Assembly (NCBI GenBank): GCA_964016885.1
Contig: OZ024753.1
Location: forward strand, 19,716,001-19,780,000
Direction: 5' to 3'
DNA length: 64,000 bases
From: Eledone cirrhosa
Taxonomy: Eukaryota
Under the pieces are notes generated by a model, which did no database searches, had not been told where the DNA came from, and saw nothing but the letters and a program-made list of their open reading frames with translations. Positions 40,567 to 56,791 of the stretch are shown piece after piece; the first letter of the stretch is position 1, and every line of letters starts with the position of its first letter. The translations under genes were made by a program, and so were the position numbers.

Positions 40567-43500
40567 TTATTATTATTATTATTACAGTTGCATTTATCTT
40601 GCTTTATGTTCATACGAGTTATCACCAAGTCACAACCAGTGACCTCAAGAGACAACAAGGTCCGCCATGTTCAAGAAAGAACATACATATTCACACATGC
40701 ATCTTTAGTGTTTAGACTTGTGATGTACTTATATTGACAGAATCTTCCTTAGTATATGGGCAGTTCCGATTAGTACTACCTTTTGTATTTCTCCTATACG
40801 CGGGTTTCCTGGGATTTGCGATAAGTAGTCATTAGACACCTTAGGTATCATTCCCAGAGCGCCTACAACCACTGGTATTGTTTTAGTTCTCAATTTCCAC
40901 ATTTTTCCAATTTCTATCTCCAGGTCATTATACTTGCTCAATTTTTCAAATTATATAGATACATTCTTGTCTATTGGAACAGACATATCAATTAGCAGGC
41001 ATACCCTCTTTTGAAAGTCCTTCAATATTATATCAGGTCTATTTGCATCTATTTTTCGGTCTGTTTGGATGCTAAAGTTCCACAAGATTGAGATGTGATC
41101 TGTTTCAAGTATGGGAGGTGGTTGATGCTCCCACCAATTCTTTTGATGGGGCAGGTCAAAATGCTTACACATTATCCAATGTATGTATTGTGCAGCTCTG
41201 TCATACATGTTTAGGTATTCGGTTGGAACTATAGGACTGCACATTGAAATTATATGGTCAATGGTCTCTGGTTGTTTTTTGCATACACGGCATAATGGGC
41301 TGCACCCATGTTTTATTATGTTGGCTTGGTAATTTTTTGTTGGCAGACACTGATCTTGTGACGATATAATCAGTCCTTCACTCTCCGATTTCAGTCCAGA
41401 GGATGCCAACCACTGATGGGTTAAAGTTTTGTCAACATCAGGATTGTTAGCTCGCTCTGGGTATTTTCCATACAGAGGCATTTCTTGCCATTTCATAGCC
41501 AGTTTCTGTAGCAGGTCTTTCTTTGCAGTTACTTTTACCTGCTTTGCTTTTTCTGTGTTTTCCATTTCAGCAGTAAATGGGACTTCTGAAATTTGTAGTC
41601 CATTACAGTATCTTTGTACATCTTTTGTAATGGAATATGATCTTTTGATGCTTTCGTGTTTCAAAACGAGTTTGATCATCCAATCATGTGATTCCCTTAG
41701 ATATGTAGATAATCCAATTGTTGCAGTTTTCAACGCAATGTCTAACTGGATTAACCCACGTCCTCCTTCTTTCCTAGGGAGATATATTCTATCCTTATCT
41801 GCCTTAGGGTGATGCATTCTGTGCATGGTTAAGAATTTTCGAATTTTTGTATCGAGCCTACGGATCTCTGTGCTTGACCAGTTGATGACATTGTAACTGT
41901 AGGTTACTACTGGTATGGCAAGCGTGTTTATGGCATCGATCCTATTCCTTGCATTCAATTCCGTTCTTAAGATTGCTTTTACTCTGCGGTAACATTCCTT
42001 CCTTATCCTTTCCCTCATTGTCGAGTACTTGATTCCGTCTCCTTCACAAACACCTAGATATTTGTAAGTTTTTTCTCGATCAAGTTCTCTTATCACGTTC
42101 CCCCGATCAAGATTAATGTCTGAACTCTTCAGCAGCTTTCCTCTGGTGAACGTTGCTTTGGCGCATTTATCTAGTCCAAACTCCATTTTAATGTCATTAC
42201 TGAACTGCTTCAGAGTGGATAATAGCCCTTGCAATTGTTCATTATTTTTTGCAAATAGTTTCAGGTCATCCATGTAGAACAGGTGATTAATGGTTTTGTC
42301 ATAGACTTTATATCCATGTTTTGTTTCATTGAGCATTTTACTTAATGGTATAAGTGCGATGCAGAATAAAAGCGGTGATAAAGAGTCACCCTGAAAAATT
42401 CCACAATTAATATTAACTTCTCCAGCTTCCAGTGATTTTGTTTCACTATTCAAAAGGAGTGTCGTTTTCCATGTCTTCATACTGAATGACAAAAACCTCC
42501 TGACAACGGGGGATATTTTGAAAATCTCTAAACATTTTTTAATCCAACTGTGTGGCAAACTATCGAATGCTTTTTCATAATATATCCAAGCAATCGATAG
42601 ATTTTTGTGTCTATTATGACAATCTTCCAGTATCATTTTGTTAACCAGAAGCTGATCCTTACAGCCATATGAGCGTAGTTTACACCCTTTCTGCTCAATG
42701 GGAAATAGCTCATTTGTTATCAGGTGGTCATATGTGTATTCAGTTAGGACTGATGTGGTCAAGCAAGTTATCGGTCTGTAATTTTTGGGATTGTTTGTCT
42801 CATCATTCTTCGGAAGCAGGAATGTAATGCCGTTAATTAGCCATGATGGTATCTTTTCTGGCTCCTTAACTATTTCATTGTAAAGTTGGGCTAACAGCTC
42901 ATGAGACTCTGTGAAGGCATTAATCCAAAAGTTTTGTATTTTGTCTTTTCCTGGGGATTTCCATTTGCTGGTTTTTCTTAGAGCCAAGCGCAACTGTTCA
43001 ACTGTTATATTTTCCCATGTTTGTTCCTCAAGGTGAGCTGTATCTTTCATTTGTCTGTCTTTTATTTGTCTGTATGTTATGAACTTTTTCTTCGGCCCAG
43101 ATCTTTTTCCAGAATTCTTGCACTTCCTCCTTGGGTGGTATTGATTTAGCAGTTATTGTTGACTTACCAATTTTTCTGTAGAAGCTTCTTTGGTTGTTTT
43201 TGAACATATTATTGTCCTTATAGAATCTAGATCGTTTTTCAAAGCGCCTTATACGAGCAGCTTTGGCCGACACTTTTTGCTTGATTATTACTATCAGCAT
43301 GTCTATGTCACATGTTGATTTTATACTGTACTTTTTTTTCAATTTTCTAAGTTTAGTTTGTTTAACATGTTCACCTACTTTATAGTTTGTTAAAATTTCT
43401 ATGTCAGATCGGAGAAGGTTTATTTGGCGATTGATGTTCTCTTGCCAAGTAGATTTCTTGTGGGAATTACTTTGTTTTTTTATCTTCACTCCACATAAGT

Positions 43501-44003
43501 GAGTGGTGACTTTAGCCGATGCATAATAGAGATGATTTAAATCAGTAATGTTTAGTTTGTTTGTGATGATAATGTTTTTGAGAATTATGTTAGTCTTGTG
43601 TATTATCTTTTGGTTCTGTTTGGAGTTCTGGATCTTAGGGAGGGTGTCTCGCTGCACCATGTCAGATTCTTTCATTTTCATCCATTCGATCATAATTTCA
43701 TCCTTCAAGTTGGCAAGTTCATTCTCATTCATTTCTTTATCATTTACGATCTCATTATTTTCATTTGGAGTTTCATCCTGAGCATGCACTCCCTCCTCTT
43801 TTTCGATCCTTTCTTTAATTTGTTCTGTTGCCAGTTATTCCGCCCCAACCCTGGGGTTCGAAGTGTTACAGTTTACCTCGTTTTCACTGATACATGTTTC
43901 ATTTTCCCTTCGCTGACTTTGTGCTAATAGCTTGATCTGATCAATTTCTATATCAGTTAGTAACTTTTTTCTTACAATATTTCTTCGTATATTGGCTAGT
44001 TTT
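40567..44003 (-). mobile_element. R4/Dong-clade RLE retrotransposon, near full ORF with frameshifts, in (TAA)n
   Basis: WKSPGKD, NYRPITCL, EQKGC, KAFDS, GIFQGDSLSP, LFYMDD, CRVC..H..C, RPDII, D..VP, GALG. Confidence 0.95.
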
Positions 44004-44024
44004 ATTATTATTATTATTATTATT

Positions 44025-44079
44025 ACAGTTGCATTTATCTTGCTTTATGTTCATACGAGTTATCACCAAGTCACAACCA
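44025..44079 (-). mobile_element. 55-bp copy of the 3' terminus of the 40567-44003 element
   Basis: Identical to 40584-40638. Confidence 0.9.
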
Positions 44080-44111
44080 ATATTATTATTATTATTATTA
44101 TTGTTATTGTT

Positions 44112-45891
44112 ATTCCTTGAATCTCAGTCATTGATGTTGGTTAACTGGAAAGTCCGTTGGATTGAATATCAAGCCACTACCTGCAGCCTCAGATATTCAG
44201 GACGTATCGGAGGGTTCTTGCTGTTCCAAGCAAGCATGCCTTTTGAAGCGTTCCAAAAAGCGTGAAGGGGCCGATTTTATTTAACCATCCCTGGAAACTT
44301 TTGGAGATAGTCCCCAGTGCGCCTATGACAATCGGGATCACTTTGACTTCATGGCAGTTCCAAATCCTTTTCACCTCCCACTTTAGGTCTTGGTATCGGT
44401 TAATTTTCTCCCTCTCCTTCTCTTGCACTCTCGTGTCGAACGGGCAGGCCACATCCACAATCAGGCACGATCTTTTTTCTTTGTCCACAACCACCAGGTC
44501 AGGTCTATTGTGTTCCAGTTTTTTGTCCGTCTGTATCCTAAAATCCCACAGCACCTTCACCTGACTGTTCTCCATCACCGCCTCTGGCCTATGCTCATAC
44601 CATTTCTCAGAATGTGGTAGATTGTTTACTTTGCACAGGTGCCAGTGGATCACCCTGCCCATCACATCGTGTCTCCAGCCCTTATAGTGGGTCTGGGCTA
44701 GGTGTTTACACTCGGACACAATGTGAGCCACAGTCTCCTCTCTCTCTCCACAGATCCTGCACAGTGGGCTAGCCTCCTCCTTGTAGATATGGTGCTTCAA
44801 CCACTTCGTTTTGAGGGCCTGCTCCTGCGCAGCCATTAGCATTCCTTCTGTAGCCTTTTTGAGGTCTCCTCTTCTCAACCAGTTCCATGTCTGTGGATCT
44901 CTAAATTCAGTTTTCTCAAAGAAGGTACTATGAAGGGATTTTCCCTTAAGGCTGCTCTTCCTCCTTGATGTTATTTCCTCCTTGGACATCCCCTGGCCTA
45001 CTGTCCCCTCCTTCAGTACAATTCTGAGCATTGGCTCCTTACTATAGGTCACGTATTTGTATAGGTTGTTTTTCTCCATCTGAACACAGTCCTCTATGCT
45101 GATAAGACCTCTTCCACCCTCAGATATCCTTAGGTAGAGTCTATCGACATCACTCCTCTTGTGGAACATGTTGTAGATAGTCAATAGCTTCCTAGTCTTC
45201 CTATCCATTTCTTTTTGTTCAGCAACATTCCATCTCAGAATTCCCGCACTGTACCTAATAATAGACACAGCTCGGGAATTTACTGCGCTTATGGCATTTC
45301 TGCTGTTCAGATGTGACTTCAATACGCTCCTTACTCTCCGAATGTATTCAGTTCTTAACAATTCCTTCATTTTTTTGTTCTTTATGCCATCAGCCTCCAG
45401 AACGCCCAAATACTTGTATCCTTCCTCAGAGTCAATTTCCTTTATCATCTCACCTGTTGGTATCTGGATCCCGTTACTTCTGCTCAACCTACCCCTCTTC
45501 ATCACAATGACTCCACATTTACCAATACCAAACTGCATACATATATCACTGCTGAAAATACGGACAGTGTCAACAAGCACATCCAACTCCTTCTCACTTT
45601 TCCCGAAGAGCTTAAGATCGTCCATGAAGAGGAGGTGATTGATGGTAAGCTCTCCCCTTCCCAACTTGTATCCTGCTCTCACTTTTCGCAGCATAATGGT
45701 CAAGGGCATCAGGGCAAGGACAAACAACAGAGGGGACAGGCTATCTCCCTGGAAGATACCTCTCTTGATCTTCACGCTTCCCAAGGATACTCCAGTTGAT
45801 GTCAACTCTGTCTCCCAGGACCCCATACTCCTGCCCAGCAACTGTCTGATGTTATCTGCCACCCTGAAGATCTCCAGGCTTTTGGTGATCC
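44112..45891 (-). mobile_element. Second R4/Dong (Rex6-like) family, 5'-truncated, ORF intact 44189-45891
   Basis: GIFQGDSLSP, LLFMDD, YKYLG, CRICG..HIVSEC, RHD, RPDLVV, DVACP, GALG; (TAA)n on both sides. Confidence 0.95.
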
Positions 45892-45892
45892 A

Positions 45893-45947
<55 letters not shown>

Positions 45948-46130
45948 GAAGGGCAGTGGATTGGCAGTATCGGTGGAGGGTCGGACGCCATGCTTTCCAG
46001 CATAGTTACGTCCCTTTACGATCTGAGTTCAAATCCCGCTGAGGTTGACTTTGCCTTTCATCCTTACGGGGTCGATAAAATAAAGTACCAGTAATGCACT
46101 GGGTAATTGTGCCTAAAGTAGAAACAATTA
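45948..46130 (+). mobile_element. tRNA-derived SINE with Nin/Deu-type domain
   Basis: GTTCAAATCC B-box plus GCCTTTCATCCTTACGGGGTCGATAAAATAAAGTACCAG; (TTA)n tail. Confidence 0.88.
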
Positions 46131-46281
46131 TTATTATTATTATTCCTTACATTAAACTATAATTACACTCCTTATTCCTTACTTTAAACTTCAACTATGT
46201 TGACACTCTTTAACTAACGTCTTCCTTGTGAATTGTGTGGTCTTGTTTTGCTTAACTAATGAATATATATATATATATATA

Positions 46282-46490
46282 TGGCTGAGTGGTTAGTGAA
46301 TTGGATTCGCAATCATGAGGTTGTGAGTTCGATTCCTGGACCAGGCGATGCGTTATGTCCTTGAGCAAGGCACTTTATTTCACTTTGCTCTTTCTACCTG
46401 GAGTTGCGACCGATAGATAGTACTAGCAATTGGAAAGACCAACGGAAACATTGTTTCCTCGGTCCGATTTGACGAAAGTCGATCGTTCCT
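46282..46490 (+). mobile_element. Second tRNA-derived SINE family
   Basis: TGGCTGAGTGG A-box, GTTCGATTCC B-box, GTCCTTGAGCAAGGCACTT; homologue at 61428-61630. Confidence 0.82.
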
Positions 46491-46554
46491 ATATATATAT
46501 ATATATATATTAAAATACAAATATTAATAAAATAGATGTTCTTTTGATCAATTA

Positions 46555-46610
46555 CATTGTATTATACATATTTCGGATGTACAACTGTACGTCCTCATCA
46601 GACAAAATAT
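46555..46610 (-). ncRNA. Hammerhead (family B-related) at the end of an AT-rich probable PLE 3' region (to ~47720)
   Basis: TATTTTGT-CTGATGA-GGA-CGTACAGTTGTACA-TCC-GAAA-TATGTA-TA-ATACAATG. Confidence 0.7.
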
Positions 46611-47721
46611 AATGATACATGACATACCCTGAGATTTAATCAAGGTAGTGATTAACCGAAGAAAAATTTAACATTTATACCCTAATATTGAGAAAATACG
46701 AAAACGTAATAAATTCAGCAGAGAAAGTGCGAGTAAGAAAAACGTTGCTTAATGTAACAGTTAAATAGATATTAAGATGTATGATACTATAATGTTTGAA
46801 TAAAGGGGGGTTATAAGCTGAAGGAAATTTATTTTTGCCGAAAGCTAAACGGTTAATTTCGAAAATATTTAATTTATGGTATTATAGGGTGAATGTTCGA
46901 GATTTTAGTTTTTTTTTTTTTTAAATTGCTGGTTATTTATATATTAGTTTTATAACTTCTACAAGTGTATTAACATTTCAAAGCTTCTGAATTTCATGTG
47001 GGTAAAATTTATAGGAATTAGCTGGCCAACAGGAGTGAAAGTTTATACTGTTGATTAATTTCCTAGATGTTAACTTTAACGGAGATACTGAGCGTATTAG
47101 GTATGTAAAGCTTGTGAATTATTTATTGTTAGAAATATTTAAATAACGATTATGTATATATTAATGAGCCAGGATATTTTAGGTAGATGATAACAAAATA
47201 ATAGATTGATGCATGTTAAGGTGAAATATACATCTATATATAACAGGGTGTAAATGCATTAATTATTCATAGTTCAGGGTAAACGTAATCAAGAAATTTA
47301 GAAGTTAACTAAAAATTTAGAAGTTAACTAAAAATGATATATAGTAATATATAGGGAGGTATATATAGATATATATTAGGTATTAATGGTACAGTATACT
47401 TCAGGTAGATGATAACGGTTACAATTTTATATAATAAAGTTCTACGTGTTACAGTTAAATACATATATGTATATAAGAGAAAGAATAATAAAAGCTGTAT
47501 GGATAATTCAGAGTTCAAGATATCTATAATTTATAGTTTGGATATTTGCTCTATATTTGAATCAGGGATATATAAATGCAGTAGGTATATTTAAAAAAAT
47601 ATAGAAAATATAATTACGTACATATTATAATATATTATGAAAATATTTTTTCGGGAGAGTGCTTCCAATCTACTGTAAAACTCATTCTTTGACATATTCA
47701 TTGAATCTTGTTTAACTATTT

Positions 47722-47784
<63 letters not shown>

Positions 47785-47788
<4 letters not shown>

Positions 47789-48010
47789 GTGTATAGTAAT
47801 AATAATAAAATTGAAGACTAAAATCCAGAGAGGGCTCGATAAGGAAAATATATATCAAATATATAAGAACCGAAGAGCAAATATTTATTAAAATAACAGA
47901 TTAAAGTTTAAGCAAAGAATCGCTGCTTTCACCCTTAACGGGAAGATCCCGTTAAGGGTGAAAGCAGCGATTCTTTGCTTAAACTTTAATCTGTTATTTT
48001 AATAAATATA
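47785..48010 (-). mobile_element. Family E fold-back cassette (palindrome ~47881-48008)
   Basis: Centre CGGG-AAGAT-CCCG; tail matches 11120-11180 and 63360-63445. Confidence 0.85.
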
Positions 48011-48055
48011 AATGTGTATATATATATATATATAAATGTGTATATATATATATAT

Positions 48056-48089
<34 letters not shown>

Positions 48090-48105
48090 ATATGTCTATA
48101 TATAC

Positions 48106-48161
<56 letters not shown>

Positions 48162-48211
48162 GTGTATATATATATGTATATATATATATATATATGTGTG
48201 TATATATACAT

Positions 48212-50233
<2,022 letters not shown>

Positions 50234-50271
50234 GTATAAATGTATATATACACATATATATATATATACAC

Positions 50272-50340
<69 letters not shown>

Positions 50341-50384
50341 CCTCTCTCTGTCTCTCTCTCTCTCTGTATATACATATATATATA

Positions 50385-50578
50385 TAGTGGTAGAACACTG
50401 GAAGGTATTATTCGTAGTGGTAGAGCACTCAGTCCATGGGACCAGTTAGCTAGAAGTGGTTACACACAGTTAGTTCACCATACCGAGAACAATTGTTTAC
50501 CCTTAGCGGATCCTCTGCTCGTAATGGACATGGTTATACGGAACAGGGTCTACCTGTTCCGTATAACCATGTCCATTA

Positions 50579-50581
<3 letters not shown>
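50385..50581 (-). mobile_element. Family I fold-back cassette (palindrome 50519-50581), decayed hammerhead
   Basis: Homologous to 56550-56738. Confidence 0.8.
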
Positions 50582-51002
<421 letters not shown>

Positions 51003-51003
51003 C

Positions 51004-51076
<73 letters not shown>

Positions 51077-51107
51077 TGTGTGTGTGTGTGTATATATATA
51101 TTTGGTT

Positions 51108-51144
51108 TCCTTACCGGTTTCGCAGTTCTTTTGCTTCTCAAGAG
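51108..51144 (-). ncRNA. Minimal hammerhead, U3-A8 variant (family G)
   Basis: TTGAGAA-GCA-AAAGAAC-TGC-GAAA-CCGG-TA; stem I imperfect. Confidence 0.6.
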
Positions 51145-51482
51145 TAGAATTGAGATAGAGGGTTTGTGATTTTTCTCGCATCTGCTTGGTGTTCGATGTT
51201 ACTTTTGTTTTATATGGAAAGAAGTGACACGGAAGGCTAGATTTTTAGAAAAGTAATTTGGTTGGCTGATGACTGTCATGTGAATAAGTATAATAAATTT
51301 CGCGCCAGTTCGCGTTACAAAGTTCTTATTATATTTGCCATTAAAAAAGAGGTGGGGGGCTCAGATTGATTTTTCATATATGAGTGAAATGTATATATAT
51401 ATATATATATCATATATTGAGTTATAAACTCGATATACTCTTTTACAATTAAATACCTCAACGAAGGGAATATTTCCGAGCC

Positions 51483-52068
51483 TAGGTTTGTTATTTTTAT
51501 TTATTTATTACTTTAAATCGAGACAGGCAAACCATATTATTTTAAATTAGTATTTTTCAACCTAGCTAACTTGGTCATTTGCAATTCGAACAAATGTATA
51601 CTTGCATCGGTGTTCCTCCCTCTCATATACTCATTCGTATTACACGGCTCGGAAATATTCCCTTTTTAGTCCCATAAAAATTAATTTTAGTCCCATAAAA
51701 CCGGCTGCTATTTTTAGCGGCACGAGTAGGGACGAGTTAGGCGCTGTGACATGTACGTCCAACAACACACTTTTCTCAGTCTTCTTAAGTATTTTGAAGT
51801 GAAAGGTGCGAATTTCCTGGATACACGCAGAAGAGCACAGGGATAGTGACTTTCACTTAATAATTATTGAGAAACAGATTTAGAATCTGTACGGGTATCA
51901 CGGAATTGCCAATATAGGTTTGTTATTTTTATTGATTTATTACTTTAAATCGAGACAGGCAAACCATATTATTTAAAAATTAGTATTCTTCAACCTAGCT
52001 ATCTTGGTCATTTGCAATTCAAACACATGTATACTTGTTTCGGTGTTCATCCCTCTCATATACTCATT
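51483..52068. repeat. ~153-bp direct repeat (51483-51635 / 51915-52068)
   Basis: TAGGTTTGTTATTTTTATT...TCTCATATACTCATT occurs twice. Confidence 0.88.
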
Positions 52069-52132
<64 letters not shown>

Positions 52133-52429
52133 TTAAAACCACTTTATCACAGTCGATACTTTTAGATGAATTTCTGACTCCCTTAAAGTCTGACAACTCT
52201 CTTCTCAGACATGTATTCTACTCCATGATAAAACATTAACATATCTGTTTATATTCAACCATCGTTAATCCCCGCCATTTTCTAAACTATATATCTGCTT
52301 AATTTACTTATGTAAACCTGTGTTGTTTCTTTCGTATCGCTTTTTTGTTGCAGTTAACATTGATATTACAGTAGTGCTTGTTTTCTTTTATTTTTCTTTA
52401 CTTTTCATCTATAAAAACTGTTCATTCTT

Positions 52430-53230
52430 CTTGTGACGCTAAACTCCGCCAGTTGCAGACTGTGCATCAACATGAGATATCTCTCTCTACAAATTTCGAT
52501 CACCAGCAGCAGAGTGTAAAGAGCAAAGATCAAGTCCAGTCCATAAGTGGACATTGTCAAGCCACCGTTTTGGCTCCCGGCCTCTGCTTCTCTTACCAGC
52601 CAACCTTCCTTCCAAGCATAGCCTACTCACAGCACGAGTTGATCTTTTTATATGACTGTAAAGTTTGAGTACTCTTGACTTGACAATTGATGTAATTGGT
52701 CTAAGTCTGGTAATGTTGAGCAGCTCGCTGATGCAGATACGGTCGCTGAGCCACTTGCCAGTCATAAGTCTCATGATGTGGTTCAGGAATGTAGAGAGCT
52801 TCTGAAGTGACCTTGTCGTCCAATTAACACAGTCAAGACCCTATAACACAACTGGTAGGATGTAAGTATCAAAGATCTTAGCCTTCAAATAATAGGAAAC
52901 TCGTTTTGATGTTAGTACTTCCTTGTTCTTGTTGAAAGCTGCCCAACCTAGAGCGATTCGATATGGCGCAGCAACCATTCCATTGTTGTTTGATGATAGC
53001 TTGTGACTGAGATATACAAACTCCGTAACTTGAGCAATTTGCTGGTTGTAGATTGTGAGTTAGAGATTGGCTTGTTTTATCAGTTGTCATACATTTTGTT
53101 TTGGAGATGTTGATGTGTAAGCCAGCCTCCAGCGAATGTTTGGCCAAGTACATTCAGAAAGTCTTGTAGATCAGTTCTAGAGTAACTCATGATGGTCAAA
53201 TCGTCTGCATAGCTAAGATTTATACCGGAG
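52430..53230 (-). mobile_element. RTE-like LINE RT 3' fragment, degraded
   Basis: LSYADDL, GLHINISKTKCM, IFDTYILPV, LEGRLAGKRSRGR..KRWLDN. Confidence 0.85.
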
Positions 53231-53244
53231 GTTAAATAGCAGCT

Positions 53245-53395
53245 ATGGCGGCGAAGTGGTAGAGTCGGTGTAACCTCGAAAGGAATGCTTTGCGTTATTC
53301 GTTCCGTCTCTCTGCTCGCTGGGTTCAAATCCTGCTGAGGTCAACGTTGCCTTCCATCCTTTCAAGATTGATAAAAAGTACCAGTCTAGTACTGT
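53245..53395 (+). mobile_element. Nin/Deu-type tRNA SINE, diverged
   Basis: GGTTCAAATCCTGCTGAGGTCAAC.TTGCCTTCCATCC..AAGTACCAG. Confidence 0.78.
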
Positions 53396-53614
53396 AGACG
53401 ATTCTTTCTCTATAACTCATTCTCATTTTCTTTCTCTCTTACTTTCTATCTTTCTCTGGACGAGATTTTCTGTATAGGACCTGGAGGGGAATGGCCCTGC
53501 CATACTTAAAATGCCCAAGAAAGGCTGTATGTCACTTAGTTTCCATTCCGAGTTATTGGACAATCACATCATATAGCAGCTGCGGTTATACGTATAGAAA
53601 CTGATTCATTATTT

Positions 53615-53800
53615 CAATGCTTTGCAGCATAGAGTTACGGCTCTTTATGATCTGAGCTCAAATCCCGCCGAGGTTAACTTTGCCTTTCATCTTTATGGTG
53701 TCGATAAAATAAAGTACCAGTCACGCACTGGGTTCGATTTAATCGACTTTCCCCTCCCCCCAAATTACTGGCCTTGTGCCTATTAAAGAAACCATTATTT
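53615..53800 (+). mobile_element. Nin/Deu-type tRNA SINE
   Basis: CAAATCCCGCCGAGGTTAACTTTGCCTTTCAT..GTCGATAAAATAAAGTACCAG. Confidence 0.85.
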
Positions 53801-54033
53801 CAATGCTGAGCAGCAACTGTATTCCGAAAGCTTCGGTGTGTGTCTGATAATAATTCTGTATTGGACAATATATTACCATGAATATGTTATTTATATATCT
53901 ATGAGAAAGCAGAGCTTACATAAGTATTCTAGAAGGTATCGAAACCAAACAACTTTCATTAAAATGCGTTCTAGAATGTGTCATGCCAACACATTCTACC
54001 TCCCTCTACACTCTCCTCCCTCTCACCCCCCTC

Positions 54034-54064
<31 letters not shown>

Positions 54065-56089
54065 CTTTTGTTTAGTCACGTCTCATGATTATACCACACT
54101 TACTCTATATCCTCTACATCCTTCGCTAAACACTTTATGCCCTGAGCTGCAAGTATGTTGCTGCTGTTTCTGTATATATTTCTAGCCTCACATCACTTCG
54201 ACCATGAGTAAGTATTAGAAAATGTGTTCTAAATATGACCACCTCGTAGGAGAATGCTTATTTCGAGAATGTTGTATCAGTTACGACCATTGCAGCTTTT
54301 TGTATATCAAGCCCTAAATTATTCAGTATGTTATCCGTTTTATTTCAGATGTTAGTGTGTGATTTGAGGGAATCAAGGTGCTATTCCTAACAAGTCAAGT
54401 ACACAGGTAGAGAATTCGTTGTTAGAAAAATGTACAGTTGAGCTCTTCCTTAAAATTGTATGTCAGCAGCAATCTGAGGAAGGAACCCCTTGATGTGGGG
54501 TGACTGTTGCAGCGCCTGTTGCTCGCCAGTGTTCGTTGAATTGGCTTTGCAGTTTTGTCCGTGGGCTGCAGCCAAAACACCACCCCGACCTAGGCACATA
54601 GTCTTCTATCCTCTCCTCTTCTCACTCTCTTTCTCCCGCTGCCTAATAATTGTTTCTCTTTCCCTCCATTTCTTCACGTTTATTTATAGTCCTTTCCCCT
54701 GCTTTCCTTTACAGCCACAGCTCCCATTCTTTACCCTTTCTCCCTTGTTTTTCATTACTTAATTTTGTTTCTTTCAATATTTCCACCATATTTCCACCAT
54801 ATTCTAAAATATAGTTGACATAATAAATTAACCAAAAGAAACAATTAAAAGTAATTTCATTCTTACGTAAGCGACGTGGAATTTAAAGTGTGAATATCTT
54901 GTTACTTATTCAGTTCGTTGCTGTGTCTATACAGCATATCGCATTTGATAAGCACAGAGGAATAAGATTATATACAAAAATGAGATTTTAAGCAACAAAA
55001 ATTTGATAATAATTATGTTAGATTTTTTTCTATGTCATTAATGCATAAAATCTTGCGATTTCTATCTTATTAATCAAGGGGAGATAGTGATGCATATAAA
55101 GTGCATTTCAGTCTGAAATCTTATGCATATAATTATTCCTAGATTTGATTTGTTCTATAACACTGTCAACTATTAACTACTCAGTTATTTAATACAACTT
55201 TCATTCACAAGCTATAACATTACAAAACTGTAATAACATCTCCAGAGTTGCCTTAACTGCTAAAGTATCGTTCATTTATAAATAACATATAAAATCACTC
55301 TTTTTTAATGTAATAAAACAGTGATTTATCATGGCGGCCGTAGCTAAAACTAACGAACAAAGACTAGATCGAAAATAACAATTGCAGAGAAATCTGTCAT
55401 GGAAACCAAAACAATTGAATGTATTAAGAATCGTATGGTTTCCTTCAAAAATCTGATCTAAATTTGAACTCATCAATCTTACCTATTTTCCTTACGTACA
55501 TCTTTGATTTTTTATATCTCATTCTATCGTGAAAATTGAAAAGGCTATCCTACCTAACTTTGATATGTTATAATGATGATGGTGATTATGAGGAGGAGGA
55601 GTGTGGAATAGGAGGAAAGAGGTGGTGTTGGTGTTAGTCCTGTCGGATGCTAGTCCTTCATCAGAAGAAACAATGAGACATTAGATAGATTGAAGGAACG
55701 GGCGGGGTGGAATTTGAAAAAATGTTTTTGGAGAAAACTAAAAAATAACAGGTCCATTCATGTTGACATCTCTTGGAAAACTTGCTGCTGACGTTTTGTG
55801 TATGATTTACATTTTTTTAGAAAAGTGTATGATGGAGAGCGTCTATCTGAAATGAAAACAAAACCTTTCTGTATATAGAGGTGTAAGTGTGCGAGTGCGT
55901 ATGTGTGTGTGTGTGTGTGTGCGCGTGTGTGTGGGGGGGGGGTGCTACTATACGTCCGTACGAATGTAAGAGGATATGTGAGTGTGTAAGTACAAAAAGT
56001 GTGTCTGTGCTTGTAAGTACGATATATATATATATATATACATAATTAAATATATATATACATATAATTAAACAGAAAACATGAGTGGA

Positions 56090-56504
56090 TACCAACATCA
56101 CAACTAGTAATTAAGGACAAAATGAAGACATACAGACACAAAAACCAAACTAACAAAACCAATCAGACACACACAGAAACAACCAACTAGTGACAAATAA
56201 ATAAACACATAAATAAAAAAAATCACACACAAACACACACCCGGATGTAACACATGCGCACACTAAGCACATGACACACAACACACAACACACAAAAACA
56301 AAATGGTGTAGGGCAGAACACAGGGGAGACACACAAAATTAAAACCTAGCCACTGAGGAGGTCACAGAATGTGTGACGAAAGAGCTTTGACAATATATAA
56401 ACAACCTTCCGGTTATCGAACCAAACAGCCTGAATCCTATAATAAATTGAAGTGAAAACAGAGGTGCGTGTTTTGTTATTGGCAACATGACCCTCCCAAA
56501 GTAT

Positions 56505-56510
<6 letters not shown>
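56090..56510 (+). mobile_element. Family C cassette; hammerhead 56349-56391
   Basis: GCCA-CTGAGGA-G-GTCAC..GTGAC-GAAA-GAGC-TT-TGAC; ends CCCAAAGTATAACAAT then (AT)n. Confidence 0.8.
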
Positions 56511-56554
<44 letters not shown>

Positions 56555-56603
56555 GTAGTGAAACAACAGTTAGTTCACCAGTTTCGTATAACCATGTCCA
56601 TTA

Positions 56604-56641
56604 CGAGCTGAGGATCCGCTAAGGTGAAACAATTGTTCTCG
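56604..56641 (+). ncRNA. Minimal hammerhead (family I) in cassette 56550-56738
   Basis: CGAG-CTGAGGA-T-CC-GCTAA-GG-T-GAAA-CAATTG-TT-CTCG. Confidence 0.8.
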
Positions 56642-56757
56642 GTATGGTGAACTAACTCTTATTTTACTACTTCTACCAAACTCGTCACATGGACTGAGTG
56701 CTCTACCTCTACGGATATTACCTTCCAGTGTTCTACCTCTCTCTCTCCCTCTCTCTC

Positions 56758-56791
<34 letters not shown>

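Noticed and set aside
45892-46003. N-terminus with poly-Asn on the 604-aa ORF
   Set aside because: It comes from the antisense SINE plus the (AAT)n target, not from the retrotransposon protein
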